Positions 34,745-52,968 of a stretch of DNA of 64,000 bases are shown piece by piece (the first letter of the stretch is position 1; every line of letters begins with the position of its first letter). A program made the position numbers and the translations under genes. The DNA is from Macrostomum lignano (lineage: Eukaryota): positions 146,068-210,067 of the forward strand of contig NIVC01002045.1 of the NCBI GenBank assembly GCA_002269645.1. The letters run 5' to 3'. A model generated the notes under the pieces. That model did not search any database, was not told the DNA's origin, and saw only the letters and a program-made list of their open reading frames with translations.

Positions 34745-37700
34745 TTAAGCATCTCCGGCTGATGCTGGTCTCTCAGTTGCCGCAGGCTGCTGGTCCTCGC
34801 CGGCGCCTCCGTTGCACCGGCCGGGAGCAGCGGCGCTCGCGTCCTCGTCGTCATCGACCTCCTCGTCGAGTCCCCAGGCGTCGCCGTCGTCGCTCCAGCC
34901 GTCCGCGGCGTCCGCTTCGCCGACTTCGCCCTCCGCCATCGCCAAGGCCAGCGCGGCAGACGGCGTCGTCTGCTGCTGCTGCTGCTCTTTAGTTGCCATG
35001 GAAACCGACGCCGAAGATGACGCACCGCGGATGCTGGGCTCCAGTTCGGCCAGAAATTCGTCGATCTGCCGGCCGGCGGCGGTCACCACCGGCTTGATGG
35101 TCAGCGCCTCGGCCGTCAGGCCGGCCGTTTGTGATGACGAAGGCGGAGGCTGCTTGGACGGTGCGGGCGCCGGCTGGCTGTCCGACGCAGCGATTTCGAC
35201 GTCCCCAGCGTTACCGGCATCGCTACCGCCGCCCCCCGCCATCCCGTCGCTCTCCCATTCGTTGCCCCAGTCTGCATCGTCGTCATCCGGGTCGGAGAGC
35301 GTCGCCACTGGCGGCGGCCCCTCAGCAACGGTTGCCAGGCGGGAGTTGTCGTCCTGGGCAGCCGATTTTCTGGGAGGATTGCGGCGGTGAAACCATGAAA
35401 CCCAATCCCAATGAACCCCAATGAAATCCGGAATCCCACACCCAAACCCATACCCAATCCGGAATCCCACACCCAAACCCATACCCAATCCGGAATTCCA
35501 CACCCAATCCGGAATCCCACACACAAACCCATACCCAACCCCACACTCAACCCTACACTCAACCCCACACTCAGCCCCACACTCAACCCCACACCCAATC
35601 CCACACCAAGCCCCTCGCTCTCCGGCGGCTCACAGTCGGTGCCGGTCCGCCAGAATCCTGGCCGACTCGGCCTCCACCATCGCCGCCTGCCGACGGGCCT
35701 CGGCCGCCGCGGCCTCCTCCGGCCCCCTGTAGCGGTCGCTGAGAGCGGCGAGGTCTCTCAGCGGCAGCGGGGCGGAGCCGGCGCCGCAGCTGCTGCTGCT
35801 GTTGAAGCCGCTGTCGCCGACGCCCGCCGCCGTCCCCAGCTGGTCGGCCGGGTCACCAGGCGCGGCGCCGAGGAGTCGCCGACGCGGCTGGGCGTCGGTG
35901 AACAGCGACTGCCTGGCGGCGTCGGCCTTATCGCCGAACAAAGCGGCGTAGCCGGCCAGCGGCAGGAGGGCGGCGACGGCCAGGTGGGTCCGCGCCACCA
36001 GCCGGTCGTGTCGGTCGCGAAGGCCCAGCAGCAGCTCGGGAATCAGCGAGCGATGCGCGCTGCGGAATGGACGGACGAGTTGCTTTTCTATCCGAGTTTT
36101 GTCACTGTTTCTCTGGCTAAATCCTCATTCTTATACAGGAATCGCCATTTCCATACCTAAATCCTCATTTCCCGTTCCTAAATCCTCATTTCCAATTCCT
36201 AAATCCTCATTTCCCATTCCTAAATCCTCATTTCCCATTCCTAAATCCTTATTTTTCATTCCAAATCATCATTTCCCATTCCTAAATCCTTATTTCCCAT
36301 TCCTTAATCTTAATTTCCCATTCCTAAATCCTCATTTTCCTCATTTTATGCTCAATCAAAATCCCCATTTCCCCAGAGCGGCTCACCCGGCCCAGTCCAG
36401 CAGGTGGCAGTAGGCCGGGAAATGCTCCAGCAGTGCGCAGCGCACCGGCAGATCCCGGATGCGCAGCACCATGGCCAGGTACGGCACGAGTTCGCGCTGA
36501 AAATTGGCCTCGCTTAGTAGGCAGTCGCCGTCTGGGGGCCTGGCGGCGCCCCGGTAGGGACGCAACAGGTATGGCAACAGGTAAGTGGCTGCCATGGGGT
36601 GCGTGAGCGGCAGGCGGCCAAGAAGCAGCCGGCCGAGGCGCCTGTGGGCGGTCGGTTGGGAAAATTAGTGGGGCGGATTTAGGATCCTCAAGGGCGGATT
36701 TAGGATCCTTAAGGGCGGATTTAGGATCCTCAAGGGCGGATTAAGGATCCTCAAGGGCGGATTTAGGATCCTTAAGGGCGGATTTAGGATCCTCAAGGGC
36801 GGATTTAGGATCCTCAAGGGCGGATTAAGGATCCTTAAGGGCGTATTAGCCATCATATAGGATTCTAAAGGGCGGATTTAGGATTTTTAGGGGCGGATTC
36901 AGGATTTCCAAGAGCGGATGTAGGCCCCTTAAGGGCGGATGTAGGATTCTTAGGGGCGGTTTTATGATTCTTAAGGGCGGAAACCCTCACCTGGCAACCA
37001 GGCCCTCCGGCAGCTCGAACAAACGACTCTTCAACGCCACGTAGAACTGCCTCAGTTCGTCTTCGCTTTTCAACGAGAAGTCGGCCAGAAAGCCGGACAG
37101 CTGAGTGAAGCAGTTGGCCGAAAATGCCACGTGACGCTGCAGCCGTTTGGCCGGGGTTCGCTCAGTTGGTGAGGCCGAGCACAGGCAGTTCTTGGCCAGG
37201 TTGCGCAGCTGGTCTAGGTGCTGCCGCCGCCGCTGCTGCTGGGGCTGGGGGTCCGGCAGCTTCGAGCATCTGACGGCGTCGATTGCGTCGCAGATGTCGA
37301 GGGCGGTGCGGCCCAAGCAGTACAGATCGAAGGAGTCGCGTCTGTCGGCGCTGAACACGTAGGCCTGCATGGCGGGGGATGGAGATCAGTGTGTTTTTCA
37401 AGTCCTTGCTGCGCTACTGCTAGTAGGATGGTACAGAATTTTAACTGTAGTTTTTTGTTATAGACCACAGATACTACACTGTACATGTAAGTGTTAAAAT
37501 AACTAGATCGGCCACTCAGCACGTATGCGTGTAAGCTACTTGCAGTTCAGTAGTAAGTTAAACAGAAGCATGTTGATGTATTTTTAAAGCCAAGGCTCAT
37601 TTTATTGGCTCTTACCCGCCCCCTGGCCTAGCTTAAACCTTTTAACAGTGCCTTTCCCCGCGCCCCGTCCCAATTTTATTGCCTTTCTCGGAATTCCAGC

Positions 37701-40533
37701 CTAAAGCTGCTATGTACATTTCAGTTGAGTAGCTAATGTACATTATGGCTAAACCAATTAGCAAGTTGCTTACGCCTGCAAGCTTGGGCTTCTTATCAAA
37801 AATCATTTCAGCTGACTTTATTTTTATAAAATAGCTTATGTATTCTTTTTTGCTACTGAACTGAAAGTAGGCTGTTTTACTTAGCATATGTATGCCTGAG
37901 TGGCCTATCTAGTGTTTTACTGTCTGTGTTTAACATGTTCAGGTCAGGGCAGGGGTATTTTTTATCAGGTTTCGCGTTTTGGTCAGGAATAATTTTGATC
38001 AGGGGTACTCGTAATTTTGGCTAAATTTTACTCTTGCTGAATAAAAAACAAGCAGTTTTCGCATAATTTTTGTTAATAATTAACGAAAAGTCAAACCCGG
38101 AAATAACGAGATAAAAAATGTTGTGTTTTACACTATATTAGCTTATTGACACTTAAAACAAGCCACCAACCTCGTCCCTATCGATTGCGCAATCGCCTAG
38201 TCGAGTTCGCACTGTCTTCAGCACATCAGCTGACATCTGGCCGAATGGTCGGCATAGCTCGAAGCCGCCCAGCTTCCACTGGCCCTGGCTGGTGCAGAAC
38301 AGACTGCGCTGGCACACATTATTGTGGGACAGCTGCGCCTGCGGCAGGGGTGGATTGGAGCGGATTCTACATTTTCCTGTTTGGGGGCGATTCTTGTGGC
38401 CATTTTATGGCAATTTTAGAGCGATTCTTGTGAAAAGTTTGTGGCGATTTTGGGGCGATTTTTGTGACCAGTTTTGTGCGTTTCTTGCGACCACTTTGGG
38501 GTGATTTATAATTTTTGTGATGAGTTTGGGGCGATTATTGTGACCAGTTTGTGACAAGTTTCAGGCGATTCTCGTGACGAGTTTGGGGCGATTTTTGTGA
38601 CCAGTTTGGGGCGATTCTTGTGACCAGTTTGGTGCGTTTCTTGTGACCAATTTGGGGCGATTCTTGTGACGAGTTTGGGGAAATTTTTGTGACCAGTTTG
38701 TGACAAGTTTCAGGCGATTCTCGTGACGAGTTTGGGGCGATTTTTGTGACCAGTTTGGGATGGTTCTTGGGACCAATTTGAGGCGATTCTTGTGACCAAT
38801 TTGGGGCAATTCTTGTGACCAGTTTGGGGCGATTCTTGTGACCAGTTTGAGGCGATTCTTGTGACCAGTTTGGGGCGATTCTTGTGACCAGTTTGGGGCG
38901 ATTCTTGTGACCAGTTTGGGGCGATTCTTGTGACCAGTTTGGGGCGATTCTTGTGACCAGTTTGGGGCGATTCTTGTGACCAGTTTGAGGCGATTCTTGT
39001 GACCAGTTTGGGGCGATTCTTGTGACCAGTTTGGGGCGATTCTTGTGACCAGTTTGAGGCGATTCTTGTGACCAGTTTGAGGCGATTCTTGTGACCAGTT
39101 TGAGGCGATTCTTGTGACTAATTTGGGGCGATTCTTGTGACCAGTTTGAGGCGATTCTTGTGACTAATTTGGGGCGATTCTTGTGACCAATTTGGGGCGA
39201 TTCTTGTGACGAGTTTGGGCGATTTTCGCAAATTTAGGACGATTCTTAAGGCGATTCTTGTGAAAAGTTCTTAAACAATTAACTGGTTCTTAGAAGTTTC
39301 TGGGACAATCCTTCCTGAGGGATTTCAATTCATGAGGGTGAGGTCAGTTTTCACAGCAAGCTGGTGGAACCAACTGTAGCATGCAGGAAGGCCAGAGCAG
39401 AGCAGATGCTGTGGACGCCCTGAACTGCTTCATCTGGGTAGAGGTCAGGCAGGTAATCCTCCAATGGTGACACCAGCTCGGTGACGATTCCCGTTAGCCA
39501 GGACTGCCGTATTGAGTCCAGGAACTTCACTATAGAAGGGTGGCGCACCGATTTGAGTACCTGCGGTTTTTCAATGGAAAAAATTTAGTCATTAGACTAT
39601 GACTGAGCTGGGCTAAGCAAGGTTCACTGACTCCAAATTGAAATACTTGTCTAAATTTTAAACTCTTATTAGTTGCTACTTATTAATAAAAATATTTAAT
39701 CTTATTAGTTAGGTAGTATATAAAATTTAATATAATTTGATTCTCCAATGGCTTATGAACAAGTAAAGTCTAAGTCAAATGTATTTCAATTTTCAAATTT
39801 AAATAAGATAATAATTACTAAATTTTTTCATAAAAATATGTTCTAATTATATAATATATATTATATATTTTTAATTTTTTTAATCTCAATATAATAAAAA
39901 GTATATTTAATAATATTTTTATAAATATTAACTGATATGGCTAACTTACCTAACTAGCTACATTTTATAGATATTTTCATCAGTCTACTATTGAAACTAG
40001 TAAGTATACATCACAAGCCAATATCTTAGATTATATAAAATTCAATATATCTAAGCTAAGTGGGTTGATCTATTGGTTTAATGTGTATCTCCTCCTAGAT
40101 GGCTGGCAACTCAAAATCTCAAATGTGAAACTTATATGTATCAAAGCAAAATTTTCCTCTGTAACAAAATTTTTATGTTGAAAATTTCAAAATTTATTTC
40201 ATATAAATGTAACAAACCTTCTTTATTTCATAATAAATCACACTTTATTTTGATTTTTCTTTTATATTAATAACAATGATCAATATAACAATATTGATAG
40301 AATTTAAAATAACTTACAAGGGCATTACTGAAGCACTCATTTGCAATTGCTTCTTCGTTGCTTTTATATATGAAGCATGTCAAAGATGAGTTTATATGGG
40401 AAGACTTAACAAATTTATGATTAGCTTCAGTAACATGGAATGTTGAATACTCAATGCTGTAGCTTCCAAACTTGTGAGTCTGCATATCATTAAAAGCAAA
40501 CTCTGAGGCACTAACTGAAACATCGTTACCCAT
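34745..40533 (-). CDS. SCYL3: SCY1-like pseudokinase 3 (PACE-1), ~749 aa, 7 exons
   Basis: Exons 40533-40318, 39560-39375, 38338-38171, 37364-36991, 36641-36387, 36059-35634 and 35369-34745 total 2250 nt. It has an MGNDVS myristoylation-type start, LKSVRHPSIVKFL, LAFLH-AQLSHNNVC..GQWKLGGFE (SCYL kinase-like), HEAT-like LIPELLLGLRD and an acidic W-containing tail. Confidence 0.9.
35410..35612. repeat. ~30-bp (GGAATCCCACACCCAAACCCATACCCAATCC) and 12-bp C-rich repeats, SCYL3 intron 6
   Basis: Visible tandem copies. Confidence 0.85.
36115..36370. repeat. 21-bp minisatellite (CCTAAATCCTCATTTCCCATT), SCYL3 intron 5
   Basis: About 11 copies, some degenerate. Confidence 0.9.
36668..36980. repeat. 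21-bp minisatellite (GGCGGATTTAGGATCCTYAAG), SCYL3 intron 4
   Basis: About 14 copies. Confidence 0.92.
38380..39260. repeat. 22-bp minisatellite (GGGGCGATTCTTGTGACCAGTTT-like), SCYL3 intron 2
   Basis: About 40 copies with a homogeneous core and degenerate ends. Confidence 0.95.
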
Positions 40534-41159
40534 ATCTTTAAAACGTATGCTTTATCTGCGTACTTTTGTAAAAATTAGTTTAAATAATTACGGTGGTGTT
40601 ACTTCATAAGTTCATCCATCATGTCATACCAGAAAAAAGACAATAAAATTAAAAAGATATACTGTGCTAGTTTATGCACATGATACACAAAACATGCCTA
40701 TAAATAGTAAGCTATCGCGTTCGCCCCAACTACAAGCTATGAATGAATATACTGCTTAGCATTAAACATGCCATACAGAGAAGTAACTGCCTATAACTGG
40801 AGTGCTTTGCAATAAAAACTTATTTGCTAATCAAATAGTGAAGTCAGTTCATGAAATTCGTTTCTTAGACATTTTTCTTTTTATTTTCGTAGGTAAAATA
40901 TTAGTTAACATAACAAAAGCAACACAACTAGAATCAACTTTAAGAACTGTGTTTAAGTTTTCTAATCATGGGCTAAGTGTTTTATAAATTACTAAATGCG
41001 CCACGTTAAGTAATTATTTTGTTGTAAATTGAAGTTGCTTACATTATCGTAGCAACAAAGCTTTAATTTTAAAATTCTTATCGCAAAAAATTTAATATTT
41101 TTTGTCACTTTGTGGTATACACTTTTTCAGGATATCAGCAACTTTTTTCTGTAGAGATC
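40534..41159. promoter_or_regulatory. AT-rich divergent (bidirectional) promoter region between SCYL3 and AK8
   Basis: The ATGs at 40533 (minus) and 41160 (plus) are 626 bp apart; promoter function is inferred. Confidence 0.6.
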
Positions 41160-47418
<6,259 letters not shown>

Positions 47419-47632
47419 TGGAGTCGTTCGAAGGTGTTTTTGCTAAGCCGACTCGGTCCGGGCCGTCACGGACTGTTTTATTCATATAATAACTCGACTG
47501 TTTTTCTACTTTTTACGTGAACTGCCTTGAATTGCTTGGTTTTGTTTTTTGAGAATAAATAAAACCCATTAGGTAATTATGCGCTCTTTTCCAGACTGAT
47601 TGCTGAAGACATCAACTTCACTGATTCACTGC

Positions 47633-48112
<480 letters not shown>

Positions 48113-48537
48113 CAGAAATTGAGTTCATTTCGGCAAGAAGCTCAGACACGGCAGCCATAAACGGCTCGCAGCTGATCTATGCCCGCCATAATTAGCCGCA
48201 TTCGCCCTCACAAGAGCCCCCCACAAAAGGCTGCTTCGCAAAAGCCGCAGGGTGCGAATGGGGAAGGATTATCCCAATTGCCGGACTCGTAAAAGATTTC
48301 CCCTTTGATCAGCGGATGCGCGGAGAACCCGCCAAGAAGGCCAAGCAGAGGCGAATGCCAGCCCGCGCTGAGTGAAGATTTTCGCCCTGGGCTGAAAAAC
48401 CAAAATTTGATATTCAGGCGAATCGCCACTTTTGAAGTTTTCTTTAATCTGATTTGTGCTTTGATCCATTCTCTAAGCCGCATCTTGGCACCGGAATATC
48501 GGCGGTGCATACTATTGTATATGCAGCGCAGTAAGGT

Positions 48538-49675
48538 GCTGTAGATAGGCACTGTAGATAGACACTGTAGATAGACACTGTAGATAGACACTGTAGATAG
48601 ACACTGTAGATAGACACTGTAGATAGACACTGTAGATAGACACTGTAGATAGACACTGTAGATAGACACTGTAGATAGACACTGTAGATAGACACTGTAG
48701 ACAGACACTGTAGATAGACACTGTAGATAACACTGTAGATAGGCACTGTAGATAGACACTGTAGATAGACAGTGTAGATAGACACTGTAGACAGGCACTG
48801 TAGATAGACACTGTTGATAGACACTGTAGATAGACACTGTAGATAGACACTGTAGATAGACACTGTAGACACTGTAGACACTGTAGATAGACACTGTAGA
48901 TAGGCACTGTAGATAGACACTGTAGATAGACACTGTAGATAGACACTGTAGATAGACACTGTAGATAGACACTGTAGATAGACACTGTAGATAGACACTG
49001 TAGATAGACACTGTAGATAGACACTGTAGATAGACACTGTAGATAGACACTGTAGATAGACAGTGTAGATAGACACTGTAGATAGACAGTGTAGATAGAC
49101 ACTGTAGATAGACACTGTAGATAGACACTGTAGATAGACACTGTAGATAGACACTGTAGATAGACACTGTAGATAGACACTGTAGATAGACACTGTAGAT
49201 AGACACTGTAGATAGGCACTGTAGATAGACACTGTAGATAGACACTGTAGATAGACAGACACTGTAGATAGACACTGTAGATAGACACTGTAGATAGACA
49301 CTGTAGATAGACACTGTAGATAGACACTGTAGATAGACACTGTAGATAGACACTGTAGATAGACCGTAGATAGACACTGTAGATAGACACTGTAGATAGA
49401 CACTGTAGATAGACACTGTAGATAGACACTGTAGATAGACACTGTAGATAGACACTGTAGATAGACACTGTAGATAGACACTGTAGATAGACACTGTAGA
49501 TAGACACTGTAGATAGACACTGTAGATAGACACTGTAGATAGACACTGTAGATAGACACTGTAGATAGACACTGTAGATAGACACTGTAGATAGACACTG
49601 TAAATAGACACTGTAGATAGACACTGTAGATAGACAGTGTAGATAGACACTGTAGATAGACACTGTAGATAGACT
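48538..49675. repeat. 13-bp minisatellite (CTGTAGATAGACA), ~87 copies
   Basis: Direct reading; it explains the ORFs at 48208-49723. Confidence 0.98.
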
Positions 49676-50202
49676 ATATTCAGCGGCTATAGAGTCCATC
49701 AAGTACTCAGTATCTGTCAGCACAGCTGATTGATCTCCGAACAGCCAGGGTCAACAAGAGCAGCAGCTCAGCCAGCTGTCAATAAGACATCGACCAGGAA
49801 GTGGGCGAGTTCTGCATACAGAGCTACTCGACGCGCTGTGCGTGACTCCGCGGAGCGACTCGCTCCCGCTGTAACCTCCGGGCCCTACAATTTGAAGCCT
49901 AGTCCGGTCCGCGCGTTCACCGCAAGAGGCTGGATTGCATGCCTGAGGCCTCGAGTTCGCGAGCCCTACCAGAATAATTAGAGAGTCTGCAGGACTGGCA
50001 GCCACTGATAAGGGGAGATTTTCCATTGCTGCTGAAATTATCAGAAGGCCTTCCACTATCTGAATCTGAATGAGCAGTTCACTGGAGTCTCGATTCACCA
50101 GTGCTTAAACATTCTGGTGTCAACATGAGAACGATGCGTATGCTTGGATAAGCACGCAGTCATACGCGCAGGCAGACACAAAAAGGTTAAACAACCAATC
50201 AA

Positions 50203-50657
50203 AACCCTAACCAAAACCAACCTAAACAAAACCCTGACCAAAACTCTAACCAACACCCTAACCAAAACCCTAACCAACACCCTAACCAACACCCTAACCA
50301 ACACCCTAATCAAAACCCTAACCAACACCCTAACCAAAACCCTAACCAACACCCTAATCAAAACCCTAACCAACACCCTAACCAAAACCCTAACCAACAC
50401 CCTAATCAAAACCCTAACCAACACCCTAATCAAAACCCTAACCAAAACCCTAACCAACACCCTAATCAAAACCCTAACCAACACCCTAACCAAAACCCTA
50501 ACCAACACCCTAATCAAAACCCTAACCAACACCCTAACCAACACCCTAACCAAAACCCTAACCAAAACCCTAACCAACACCCTAACCAAAACCCTAACCA
50601 AGACCCTAACTAAAACCGTAAACAAAACCCTAAAAAACCCTAAAAAACCCTAACCAA
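50203..50657. repeat. 12-bp telomere-like repeat (AAMACCCTAAYC) containing CCCTAA
   Basis: About 37 units, nearly all carrying CCCTAA. Confidence 0.92.
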
Positions 50658-51304
50658 TACCCCAATCCTGTCTCTCAGTTATACCTTTCGAAGACTCACT
50701 CATAAACTCTCTATTTCGACACCCCCGACTCACAGCCAGAGTCGATACAGACAGATACTTCAGGCGCATAGCGCTTGCATGCAGACACATTTAAAGGCCC
50801 ATAATCGGACTCATAAAGCTTCAAAATTTCCAAAGGGGAAGGCTACTTCATACTCATAATTGCAGCTTTTACAATAGAGCAACCATTTCTCTCTCGGTGA
50901 ATGCCGACCTCCCAGGGAATCTTTGCCGACTGAGATCAATACGGTCCATTGGCTAATCTCATACCGCTCCATTGTGCGGCCATTGCACTCGCTTGAAAAT
51001 CCGCACAGCTCACAAGCAACTTGGACACTGGAGCACTCCTGTGAGCCCGGGTGCCAGTTTTATAATGCCACTTTCCCCAGAGCGGCGCCAGTGACTGACT
51101 GGCAGGGCGCAACACTTGCTGAGAAAGGGAAGAAACCCCAATGCAGCTCAATAGGAGAGTGTCGTCTGCTCACAGCTCACTTGTCAGGGCAGCCTGGCAG
51201 GTCGCGCTGTCCAATATCTGGTGCCACTCGGCACTCGGCTATGAATTTTTAATAGCCACATTTCGCCAAGCAATCTTAATGAATGTTGTACTTATAGGCC
51301 GCTT

Positions 51305-51705
51305 TTGTATCTGGCTTAACCACGCTTTGTATCTGGCTTAACCACGCTTAGTATTTGGCTTAACCACGCTTAGTATCTGGCTTAACCAAGCTTAGTATCT
51401 GGCTTAACAACGCTTAGTATCTGGCTTAACCAAGCTTAGTATTTGGCTTAGCCACGCTTAGTATCTGGCTTAACCACGCTTAGTATCTGGCTTAACCACG
51501 CTTAGTATTTGGCTTAGCCACGCATAGTATCTGGCTTAGCCACGCTTAGTATCTGGCTTAACAACGCTTAGTATCTGGCTTAACCAAGCTTAGTATAAGG
51601 CTTAACCAAGTTTTAGCATACGGCTTAACCAAGCTTAGTGTAAGGCTTAACCAAGCTTAGTATAAGGCTTAACCGAGCTTAGTGTAAGGCTTAATCGAGC
51701 TTAGT
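51305..51705. repeat. 22-bp minisatellite (GTATCTGGCTTAACCACGCTTA)
   Basis: About 18 copies. Confidence 0.93.
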
Positions 51706-52968
51706 AGCTCGTATAAAGGTATGGCGTATGATTAATTTTTTACTTTTCATTCGGACCCTGGGTCAGCAGTCGCTCACACTTATACGAGCTCAAAATTCTT
51801 ACGATTGCGAATATTTCGAATCGCTTTACTCCAGCACAAAACCTCTGCAGTAGTCAGTGGCATAAACTAAGGGCTTATTATTTAATATGAGTTGGCTTTT
51901 CTCTCAGCCAGCTCTCAGTTACTTGCTCAAAGGAACTCTGACATTCTCGAATATTTAATAATTTGATACGAAGCTTCAGGCAGGGAGTAAAAGTGCATGA
52001 AGAAAGGGTCAACTAAGGTCAAATATAACCTCGAATTACTTTCCTCCCTTCTCGAGCGCCAGCAAGAGAGGAGTGGCTTCCCATTTCGCTTCATATTTTC
52101 CCAGATCCGTGCTCATTAGCATGCAGGCTCACGGTTGTTCCGGCTCTGCTTCGCCAGAGCGGACCGGCCAATGAATACATTGATTTACCACGAAGAAAGT
52201 CAACATCTTCGTTTTGCCGATGTCTTCTTTCAGCAGCAGCAGCCAGCTGTGTAGCCAACCGCCTGGCTTCAGTTCTGCATTTTTATATTTACTGTTTGTT
52301 ATACTCGATAAAATCTCGCACAGCGTTTACAAGTTTGAACAAAAATGTTTTTTTCAAATTGGTTATGAAAGAATGGTAGCTGGGGAAAAATAAATATATC
52401 TGACGTACTTCTACACGTATAGAGAAACCCTTGGCCATGGCAGGACGCTCCACCGATAGGTGCGACTGCGAGCCGTGAAAGAATGATGAGAATCTGTTAA
52501 GTTGACAGCGATTTTTTTTTAAATGTAAGTGAAACAACAACGGATTTGAACAAATTCAGTAACTAAAAAATGCGATGCGCGGGAGAATTCAGACACATTT
52601 GAGGCGAGATCTGCGATGCGGTAGAGTGCAGTAGATTAAGGACAGGTATTCTACTTTAGGTGTCCGTGGTAGAAGATAGCGCAGTGCTTGGATATTGCTG
52701 CTTCTGCTGCAGCTAAATTTCGCGTGGGTCTAAAACCGCATCCAAACCAGTTCGAAAAAAAATTAGTTTTAAGAATGCGAAATTGAAGTTAAATCTGTTA
52801 CAGAAGGTATAATATTATTAATATTTAAAAACGTTAATGAAGTTGGGAAAAACGGCGTACTTCATTCTTCCTACGGATAAATTAATGGTGGGATTCGCCG
52901 GTGCTTCTAGGAATTCATATTCTCCGGCTTTATTAACGACCATGCAGCGATCTTATTTGTTACTTCAC

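Noticed and set aside
34812-36160. Plus-strand GC-rich ORFs overlapping SCYL3 (and similar antisense ORFs over the Myb/SANT gene, PEX1 and SSUH2)
   Set aside because: Shadow ORFs expected opposite GC-rich coding exons, with no motifs of their own.
48208-49723. 384-480-aa ORFs (SIYSVYLQCLSTV repeats)
   Set aside because: Artefact of the 13-bp repeat lacking stops on one strand.
50095-50653. TKTLTNTL / VLVR repeat ORFs as antifreeze- or mucin-like proteins
   Set aside because: They coincide exactly with the 12-bp telomere-like array and have no signal peptide or exon boundaries.
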